Shown here: positions 9,915 to 17,126 of the stretch, piece after piece
Layout of the letters: each line of letters opens with the position of its first letter
How positions within the stretch are numbered: position 1 is the stretch's first letter
Source of the DNA: Bacteroidota bacterium
Lineage (GTDB): Bacteria > Bacteroidota > Bacteroidia > Flavobacteriales > Flavobacteriaceae
Assembly: GCA_039414375.1 (NCBI GenBank)
Contig: JBCDGY010000001.1
Coordinates: 1 to 48,107, forward strand
Length of the DNA: 48,107 nt
Direction of reading: 5' to 3'
Program-made: the position numbers and the translations under genes
Notes under the pieces: generated by a model
Database searches by the model: none
What the model was told of the DNA's origin: nothing
Seen by the model: only the letters and a program-made list of their open reading frames with translations

Positions 9915-11641
9915 GGCGCCTCGGTATTAGGAAGGGTATCTACAAAGAGTAACCCATAACGATCGATTCCTTCTTCTTTTAAGACCGTTCCCCCTTCTAA
10001 AAACCAGGAAAGGGAATAGTCCACTGCTTCTACACCTTTGGGTTGGGTAATCTCAAAATGCATGTTCTTATTTTCTCGGTTAGGATAAAGCAAAGTGCTC
10101 GCCGTTCTTGCGTCGCCAAAGAAGTCGTAATCAATTTTCACGGAAATCGCTCTTACTTGCTGGCTTGCCAAAGACGCAATATCCCCGGACAACTCTATCC
10201 GTCTTCGTTGGAACGGGGTATACAGATTAATCATCGCCGAAGAACTGCTTTGCCAATCTTCTTCATAAGTACCTCCACCAATAAACTTCCACTCTGTTTT
10301 GTAGTCGTAGCTCATCCACGCGGTCATATCCAAATCCCCGTGGTTTAGGTAGGTCATTATGCGGTTTCCACTGTCTTCTTCATAGTTTTTTTTGGTAATT
10401 AGAATTTCCTTGAGCGTTTCATCACCATTATCGTGTTGCTTTCGCAGTTTTACCGTGACACTATTGAGCATGCGATCAAATTCCTGTGCTATAGTACCAT
10501 CGACACCTACATATACATCGCGCTGCTGAAACGCAGGGTCCCATAGTGGTACGTCTTTAAACAGGCGCTCGTCGTTCCCATATTCTTGATATAGATTACC
10601 AAGGTTAAAGGTGATATAGTGGTTACGGTTCACCAGACTACGCCCTTTAAAGACCATGTTGCTCTTGCCCGTGGTTTTGTGTTTTTTGTATTGGTAACCT
10701 ACATTGGCCTTAAAGGGCATGGCCTTTGAACTAACCCCTTGACTGACTAAAGAGCCTAAGGCGTCTGCCAAGCCCCCTCGGTGTTCTTCGGGCACCTCAA
10801 CGGGGGGTACTGGCCTAAACATGAGTTCCAATAGTTTGGTATACACATGCTGCACCAAGCTCTCCATAGCCGCATCGCTACCACTACTAGTTAAGGTAAT
10901 AGCCTGCTCCTTTCGCAGTTGATCGAAACCCAGGGAGACATCGGCCCCAACCATATAAAGATTTACTCCCGCGTCAAAAGCGTGACTTTCAGAAACTCTA
11001 GACCAGTCTACCTCCAATTCGGCTTCGTAACTGTCGCTCAATCCAGAAAAAGACAATTCAAAAAGCAAAGACACATCGGGAGTAGCCATGGACATGCTCT
11101 CTAGAAGTAATTTGGATTGGGTAGGTTCCAAATCGAAAGACAGCGGAATACGACTGTTTTCCATTACTGGTGCCGCACCGGAGGCTAGAATGTGCCTTGT
11201 TTTTCCTTTTCCTGGGGTAATAATGGACGAAATCATAGTGTATTTGGCCTCGTCGAATAGAATGGGACCTTTGAGTACGATGGCCTCGTTGTCCATTTTT
11301 TCTCGTAGCGACTGCTGTGCCTTAGTCACCATGTCCGCAGGAGTATCATAGAGCACCAAAAAGGTTAGAATTCCTCCTCCATCTGCGGTACTTATAGATT
11401 TTGTGGTGTTTTCAGCTGGTTTTTCTAGCACATACCGCAGGTATGAAAACTGAGGTAGGGAATCGTTTTGCAGGGCTAATCGCGCCCTGTGTGGCAAATA
11501 GCTATAGGCGTTGCTATCGGTATGGGAAGGGAAGCACCAAAGTCCTTCGGCCTGAACCCCTTGATCCATTCGAATTTGAGCATTTAGCGTACTGTATCCT
11601 CCCAATAGCAGTACCAGCAAGAGTTGTAGTATCGTTTTCAT
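9911..11641 (-). CDS. Secreted hypothetical protein, operon family paralog (576 aa)
   Basis: Signal peptide ...TLNA|Q; 'YSYLPHRARLA...PQFSYLRYV', 'GGGILTFLV', 'SGAAPVMEN', 'DPAFQQRDV'; ATGA overlap with upstream gene. Confidence 0.88.
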   Translation of the reverse strand: MKTILQLLLVLLLGGYSTLNAQIRMDQGVQAEGLWCFPSHTDSNAYSYLPHRARLALQNDSLPQFSYLRYVLEKPAENTTKSISTADGGGILTFLVLYDTPADMVTKAQQSLREKMDNEAIVLKGPILFDEAKYTMISSIITPGKGKTRHILASGAAPVMENSRIPLSFDLEPTQSKLLLESMSMATPDVSLLFELSFSGLSDSYEAELEVDWSRVSESHAFDAGVNLYMVGADVSLGFDQLRKEQAITLTSSGSDAAMESLVQHVYTKLLELMFRPVPPVEVPEEHRGGLADALGSLVSQGVSSKAMPFKANVGYQYKKHKTTGKSNMVFKGRSLVNRNHYITFNLGNLYQEYGNDERLFKDVPLWDPAFQQRDVYVGVDGTIAQEFDRMLNSVTVKLRKQHDNGDETLKEILITKKNYEEDSGNRIMTYLNHGDLDMTAWMSYDYKTEWKFIGGGTYEEDWQSSSSAMINLYTPFQRRRIELSGDIASLASQQVRAISVKIDYDFFGDARTASTLLYPNRENKNMHFEITQPKGVEAVDYSLSWFLEGGTVLKEEGIDRYGLLFVDTLPNTEAP

Positions 11642-13497
11642 GGCTTTTCGTTGTTTGCAGGTTCGGGTGTAGCGGTTTTAGGCGCAGGAGGAAATAAAAA
11701 AACATAGTCCCCTTCTAACTGTTGCGGCTCTGAAGCTGTTTGGCCTTGAGAACCATACCAATTGGCTTGATAAATAATCGGTTCGTCTCTGTCGTAATAG
11801 AGCGTAATGGTGCGACTGTTTTCCGTATCGTCCTTTCGGAAAAGGACTGAGGTTTGTGCTTGCGCCTTACCATTTAATAGGGTGAAGAAACGTACCGAAC
11901 AACTGCTGACCCCATTTTCGGAAAAAGCTTGTGGATCGGTATCTACCTGAATGATGCGCTTGGCAAATGGCGGACTCAAAGCAATAGAAGGGGCCTTGCT
12001 AGATAGCCAAGTATCCTTATCAGCAGGGATGTCAATAGCTTTATCATCTCCCTTTAAATTCCACCGAACACGGTATTGAAACTCTGTCCAGTCGGCGGTG
12101 GTATCGCCCAAACGTGGGAAAAAGACACTTTGTTGATCAACGCCTTTATCCAACAAGCTTCTACTTAGAACGATATCTCTAGTAACTGCTTCTTGATCGT
12201 CTCCATATTCCTTTCTAAATCCAACGGATACCGAATTAAGAACATCTTTAAAGGAATCGACGTAGGCCCCGTCCAGTTGAAAAATAACCTCGCGCTTGGT
12301 AAAGTCGCTGTCTTCAAGATTAACAACCTGAAAGTACTTATCCTTAAGGGCCTCGTTGTCCTCAAAAACATCGTACAGACCGCCAAGATTACCAGAGGAG
12401 TATACCGGGACTTTTACGGTAGTGGATTTGCTCAAGTTCATATAGAACTTATTAGTTCTAATGTCTTCCCGATTTTTAAGCACAAATTGATTATCGGTAA
12501 CGTACTTCTCATCTCTTGCACCGCCAAAAACTTTGCTAAAAAAGCCTCGTTTACGCCGCCCAAGGAGCTGCCCTTGTTCCACAGCGATCTCCTTTTCCGG
12601 TTCTTTGGCCCAACCCATTTCAGCATCAAACATCAAGGTCATAAGCTTGTCGGTAACCAAGCCTAGCAAGTCCGCCATATCGTCTGATTTGATGCCCAAA
12701 CCTGAGGAACGATCAAAAACATCGATTTCCAGGACTTGATCTTGCACCATTTCATCGGTGATATCGCGCAATTGCCGCTTGGTATAGCCACTTTGGTTGC
12801 TATACACCTTGCTATAGTGCTCGTAAATGGTGGACATCTCAGCTTTTACTACCGCATTGTAAGCCTTAACCTTAGCCTCGTAGTAGCCATTAACAACCAC
12901 AGAAACATCTGAGGTTTGCCCTTTCAAGGACTCAAATAAAAGGGTCGCTCCTTCCTGAGATAGTTTAGCCGCTATAGCTGCCTTGGACCCTGCGTATAGT
13001 GGGGCATGGCCAGAAGTAATCACATTGTTTGTGAAGGCATTATCCCCATCAACATTGTTAAGCACTGAAGACACGATTTGAAAGCCGGCGATACCGTCTT
13101 CTCCGTCTTTCATGACTTGTTTCATAGGAACAACCCCTTTAAGGACGCCGTTGCCCGTCCTTTTCTGTAGTTCTTTCTCCACATCGGCGCGAACGTCTTC
13201 AGGTAAGTCAAATTGGATTAAAGCATGGAACAGACCGCCGTTGTCATCGCCATTTTGCCCGACATACTTTACACATAAGAGTTCAAAATCACCCTCTTCG
13301 TCCCGTGATAAACGGGGATAATCAGGGAGATAGTAATAGGCTGTAGGATCGTTACTGTCTTGTAACAGCTGTACCCCATTGATAGACATGTTACCTTGAT
13401 CCAAATTCACCTGTGCGCTTAGCGGATAGGCGACCAATAGGAACAAAGCGAGTCTACAAACCCTAAAAAATAGTGGTGTTTTCATAAGTATTCTCAT
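11638..13497 (-). CDS. Secreted hypothetical protein, first gene of the operon, family paralog (619 aa)
   Basis: Signal peptide ...PLSA|Q; 'YYYLPDYPRLS...FELLCVKYV', 'NGGLFHALI', 'SGHAPLYAG', 'DSDFTKREV'; start could be the Met 4 codons in. Confidence 0.88.
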   Translation of the reverse strand: MRILMKTPLFFRVCRLALFLLVAYPLSAQVNLDQGNMSINGVQLLQDSNDPTAYYYLPDYPRLSRDEEGDFELLCVKYVGQNGDDNGGLFHALIQFDLPEDVRADVEKELQKRTGNGVLKGVVPMKQVMKDGEDGIAGFQIVSSVLNNVDGDNAFTNNVITSGHAPLYAGSKAAIAAKLSQEGATLLFESLKGQTSDVSVVVNGYYEAKVKAYNAVVKAEMSTIYEHYSKVYSNQSGYTKRQLRDITDEMVQDQVLEIDVFDRSSGLGIKSDDMADLLGLVTDKLMTLMFDAEMGWAKEPEKEIAVEQGQLLGRRKRGFFSKVFGGARDEKYVTDNQFVLKNREDIRTNKFYMNLSKSTTVKVPVYSSGNLGGLYDVFEDNEALKDKYFQVVNLEDSDFTKREVIFQLDGAYVDSFKDVLNSVSVGFRKEYGDDQEAVTRDIVLSRSLLDKGVDQQSVFFPRLGDTTADWTEFQYRVRWNLKGDDKAIDIPADKDTWLSSKAPSIALSPPFAKRIIQVDTDPQAFSENGVSSCSVRFFTLLNGKAQAQTSVLFRKDDTENSRTITLYYDRDEPIIYQANWYGSQGQTASEPQQLEGDYVFLFPPAPKTATPEPANNEKP

Positions 13498-13660
13498 TGT
13501 TTTTGTGGTGTTGGAGAGGGTTGTTCACTTGATCCTAGTAGGCTGCGAACGCTCCTCATTTTTTGGTTAATGTCAAAAACCAAAAAAGGTTAACACCTTG
13601 AGGAATTTTTTTGAAAACACTTCTTTTAAAACTGTAGGTGCCTCATTATGCAGGTATTCC

Positions 13661-13687
13661 TTCGCCACAAAATGGGAGCGTGTTACA
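13661..13687 (-). promoter_or_regulatory. Possible ECF-sigma-type promoter for the paralog operon
   Basis: Minus strand reads TGTAAC-N17-CGAA about 165 nt upstream of the first start codon; resembles the AAC...CG ECF consensus; short motif that could be chance. Confidence 0.25.
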
Positions 13688-13999
13688 AAAGAAATATTGG
13701 GAGGATACCTTTGCGGAAAGCATAAAAAAGTGGTGAGCTATTCAAACCATAGAAAACTATTGACAGTAAAAAATTTTAAGTCTTTACAATCAAGAAGTTG
13801 CGCTTCGTTAAAATTTCATCGCGCGTTGAGCTTTCCACACTTTGTATTTTGTAAAGGTCTTGTAGAAGAAGATTTTATCGGATTTATATTCAAATCGGTT
13901 TTCTCTCGAGACTGCTAGCAAACACATTGCAACTTCAAGGTATACCGAAAAGTGATTGATCTTACCAAGTAAATGCCCTTACATTTATCTGTTGACCTA

Positions 14000-15040
14000 T
14001 TAGCGCAAGCTGTAATGCACTTTCGAGAGGGTTTTCAGGGTATTTGCAGCTTGCTCTGGAGTAATATCGCGCTGCGGATTGGCAAACATTTCATAGCCAA
14101 CCATAAATTTTTTAACCGTAGCAGATCGCAGTAAGGGCGGGTAAAACGCCATGTGAAAATGCCATTCTTCATGCAGAGTCCCATCCGTTGGCGCCTGAAC
14201 CAAACCTGAAGAGTAAGGGAAAGATGTTTCGAAGAGGTTATCGTATTTCGTCGTCACTACTTTAATGGCTTGGGCAAAACTGGTTTTTTCAGCGGTGGTT
14301 AAATCGGTAATCCTTTGGAAATGCCGTTTGGGAATAATCATAGCCTCATAGGGCCAAACTGCCCAAAAGGGTACCAAAGCCACGAAATGTGCATCCTCCC
14401 AAATAATGCGCTCCCCTTCTTCAATTTCCTGTTGTACATAGTCGCCTAGCAAGCTACGGCTTTGTTCCTGCCAATACCGTAGTTGATGACGTCCCTTTTT
14501 CTCTGCTTCTTGAGGAATAGAAGACTGTGCCCAAATTTGTCCATGGGGGTGTGGATTGCTACATCCCATAACACTACCCTTATTTTCAAAAATCTGCACA
14601 TGGGCAATCTCTGGTTGTGCGCCCAGTGTGGTATATTCTTCTTGCCACATATCAATAACCGATACAATAGCGCTTTCTGACATTAAAGGCAACGTCAGCG
14701 CGTGATCGGGAGAAAAACAGACGACTTTGCAGTGGCCAGCTTCTCCTTTGGCCTGTAATAACCCATTGTTATAGGTTGCTAGCGGTGTATCTGCCAATAG
14801 TGCACCAAAATCGTTGGTAAAGCTGTACACCGAAGTGTAATTGGGATTATACGCTCCATTCGCACGCTGATTGCCTGGGCATAGGTAACAGTCGGGGTCA
14901 TAGGAGGGGCGGTCATCGCGAGTGGGGCTTTCCTGTTTCCCCTGCCAGGGCCGTTTGGTTCTATGGGGAGATACCAATACCCATTCTCCGGTAAGTGGAT
15001 TGTACCTGCGGTGCGGATGTTCGTTAAAATCTAAACTCAT
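14000..15040 (-). CDS. galT: Galactose-1-phosphate uridylyltransferase
   Basis: 'HPHRRYNPLTGEWVLVSPHR.KRPWQG', 'CYLCPGN', catalytic 'GCSNPHPHGQIW', 'PPLLRSATVKKFMVGYEM'. Confidence 0.98.
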   Translation of the reverse strand: MSLDFNEHPHRRYNPLTGEWVLVSPHRTKRPWQGKQESPTRDDRPSYDPDCYLCPGNQRANGAYNPNYTSVYSFTNDFGALLADTPLATYNNGLLQAKGEAGHCKVVCFSPDHALTLPLMSESAIVSVIDMWQEEYTTLGAQPEIAHVQIFENKGSVMGCSNPHPHGQIWAQSSIPQEAEKKGRHQLRYWQEQSRSLLGDYVQQEIEEGERIIWEDAHFVALVPFWAVWPYEAMIIPKRHFQRITDLTTAEKTSFAQAIKVVTTKYDNLFETSFPYSSGLVQAPTDGTLHEEWHFHMAFYPPLLRSATVKKFMVGYEMFANPQRDITPEQAANTLKTLSKVHYSLR

Positions 15041-15048
15041 CTACTCGT

Positions 15049-16167
15049 TTATATTAAGGTAGTTCCTGAACTGGGTTTGGCCTCAAATGACACTGCCTCC
15101 CTATTAAAAGCTTCTTTGTAAGCTGCCGTAACGGCTGCTAAAAAGGTAGCAGCGGCTTTTTGATGTACCAAATTAAGGGTGCAACCCCCAAAACCTCCAC
15201 CCATCATTCGGGCACCTAAAACACCTTTCATCTGTTGGGCTTGGGTCACCAAAAAATCCAATTCTGGGCAACTAACTTCGTATTGTTTGCTAAGGCCCCA
15301 ATGTGTTTCGTACAATAATGTTCCAAACCGTTCTAGCTGATTGGAACGCAGCGCTTGGACGGCCTGTTGTACCCTATCGATTTCGTCAATTACATAGCGG
15401 CAACGATTATAGCGCGTTGCGCCTAGTGCTGCTCGGCAAGCCTCTAACATACTTGTATTGACATCTCTAAATGTGCTTACCTCCCCAAATTGTGATTTTA
15501 TGAGGGAAAGCCCCTGCTCACACTGTTCACGACGTGTATTGTATTCCCCACTTGCTAGATTGTGAGATACCCCTGTATTAATTAATAGTAACGTGTAAGG
15601 AGCAATTTGTAAGGGTATATGCTCATAATCCAAAGTAGTACAGTCTAGTAATAGGGCATGACCTGCTTTGCCCATAACACTGGCAAACTGATCCATAATA
15701 CCACACTTGGTACCCACATAATGATGCTCGGCACGCTGCGACAGCTTAATAATTTCCAATTGACTTAAACCAAGCTCAAATAGGGCATTGAGACCGAAAG
15801 CCATACCACATTCCAAAGCTGCCGAAGAACTTACACCAGAACCAACGGGCACTTCGCTGCGCATGGTACAATTAAATCCACGAAGACCATCGCTAAGCTG
15901 TTGTATCTCATGAAGCACCCCTAGAACATAGTTATGCCAACCGTTACCTTTTTTGGGTAACTGATCTAAAGAAACCTCGAGAGCTTCATCAAACTCCGCA
16001 CTGCGAACCGTACATTTATCTGCACTGCCGTTTGCGGTAAAGCTCATGTAAAAACGCTTATCAATAGCTGCCGGTAAAACAAAACCATCATTGTAATCTA
16101 TATGTTCTCCTATCAAGTTAATCCTACCGGGAGCGGCCACCTGTATGGCCAAAGGTTGTTGTGTCAT
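15049..16167 (-). CDS. galK: Galactokinase
   Basis: 'APGRINLIGEHIDYNDG', GHMP motif 'PVGSGVSSSAA', 'CGIMDQF', 'GARMMGGGFGGC'; ATG at 16167 preferred over GTG at 16182. Confidence 0.97.
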   Translation of the reverse strand: MTQQPLAIQVAAPGRINLIGEHIDYNDGFVLPAAIDKRFYMSFTANGSADKCTVRSAEFDEALEVSLDQLPKKGNGWHNYVLGVLHEIQQLSDGLRGFNCTMRSEVPVGSGVSSSAALECGMAFGLNALFELGLSQLEIIKLSQRAEHHYVGTKCGIMDQFASVMGKAGHALLLDCTTLDYEHIPLQIAPYTLLLINTGVSHNLASGEYNTRREQCEQGLSLIKSQFGEVSTFRDVNTSMLEACRAALGATRYNRCRYVIDEIDRVQQAVQALRSNQLERFGTLLYETHWGLSKQYEVSCPELDFLVTQAQQMKGVLGARMMGGGFGGCTLNLVHQKAAATFLAAVTAAYKEAFNREAVSFEAKPSSGTTLI

Positions 16168-16366
16168 GCTAAAAAAATGCACTATTGTGCTCTCGTGCTA
16201 TTTGCACTTTGAACGGATTTGTAAACCGCGCTAAAATAGACCAAATATCCTAAGTTAAGTACCTGCAAAAACACTTTAATAAGCATATGGACTTTGTCTC
16301 TCAAAAAAAATAGATCACTGTATTTTTATAACAAGAAAGGTATCCTGCCGTTAAAGTTGCAGTCTT

Positions 16367-16897
16367 TTAACTACCCACTGAAGCAGGCTTGAAATAATTT
16401 GAAGGTAAGCTGGCACTAACGTTATATTTCAAAGAATCTATTTTTACAAAAATTTTATCGCATCCTAAGTGGCGTTCAACAATACATCGCATTCCCTTCA
16501 ATGGCCCGTAGTCTACAATAAGGGCATCTCCTCGATTGGGTTTCATAGGAAGTACGTCGAAGTCTTTAGCCCCCGGAATTTTAAGTAATTGCTTAATGGC
16601 TATAATTTCTGAAGGCTTCACTTTGGCCAACACATCTCCTATTCGCAAAAACTTGACAAATCCTTGGATCTGGCTAATGCTAATCTTGTCGTGCTTTGAG
16701 ATCATTTTTACAAAAACGTAACATGGAAATAAAGGTTTGGATACCTTTTTTTTACGGTCTTTCCACTGTACTAGTGTTTTGATAAGTGGTAAAAACGAGG
16801 TAATGCCACAGAGTTGGAGAGCTTCATTTACCTTTTTTTCATGTTTATGTCTTACATAAATTACATGCCAGCTAGGTTCTTGCTCCTTGTTTTCCAT
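16367..16897 (-). CDS. upxY: UpxY/NusG-family specialised transcription antiterminator
   Basis: NGN domain 'WHVIYVRHKHEKKV...FLPL...WKDRKKKVSKPLFPCYVFV' and KOW-like 'GPLKG'; 176 aa; W.DRKK.V..PLF is typical of Bacteroidota UpxY. Confidence 0.9.
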   Translation of the reverse strand: MENKEQEPSWHVIYVRHKHEKKVNEALQLCGITSFLPLIKTLVQWKDRKKKVSKPLFPCYVFVKMISKHDKISISQIQGFVKFLRIGDVLAKVKPSEIIAIKQLLKIPGAKDFDVLPMKPNRGDALIVDYGPLKGMRCIVERHLGCDKIFVKIDSLKYNVSASLPSNYFKPASVGS

Positions 16898-17040
16898 GGT
16901 TGATTGTAAATACTAAAAACTAGGGTTATGGGGTAAGTCTCTGACAAGATACTTAAAAAATATTTACACCTATTTTACGATGGAAGGCTTTTTTTTGTAC
17001 TTTACTCGTACAAAAATTCTCCCATTATTTTTTTCTTTTT

Positions 17041-17091
17041 ATTACCTAGGTAATGTGACCTAGGACGGCGAAGCCCTGTGCTTTCGCGAAA
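17041..17091 (+). promoter_or_regulatory. opsX-like pause/antiterminator-loading element in the eCIS operon leader
   Basis: Perfect 14-bp palindrome ATTACCTAGGTAAT (17041-17054); alternative hairpin CCTAGG-N8-CCTAGG (17045-17064); mini-hairpin GGCGAAGCC (17067-17075); palindrome TTTCGCGAAA (17082-17091); all within 90 nt of the sheath start. Confidence 0.6.
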
Positions 17092-17126
17092 TTTCTTCAA
17101 AACTTCGTAATTAAAATTGTAAGAAT

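Noticed and set aside
5313-13497. Direct assignment of the paralogs as CDC-like (thiol-activated cytolysin) or SusC/SusD proteins
   Set aside because: No lipobox, no correctly placed YGR/GG CDC motifs, no TonB-dependent barrel signature; kept only as a structural hypothesis
13532-13553. CCTAGTAGGCTGCGAACGC, loosely like the opsX-like element at 17059-17075
   Set aside because: It is on the plus strand while the operon is on the minus strand, and the GCGAAGC hairpin is imperfect
13598-13918. 106-aa plus-strand ORF in the intergenic region
   Set aside because: TTG start, no recognisable features, opposes both flanking genes; more likely regulatory DNA
14000-16897. upxY plus gal genes as the start of a capsule locus
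   Set aside because: No glycosyltransferases, flippase, polymerase or upxZ; galK and galT are catabolic Leloir genes
16992-17016. Invertible promoter like those of Bacteroides capsule loci
   Set aside because: The inverted repeats enclose only 7 nt and no recombinase is nearby
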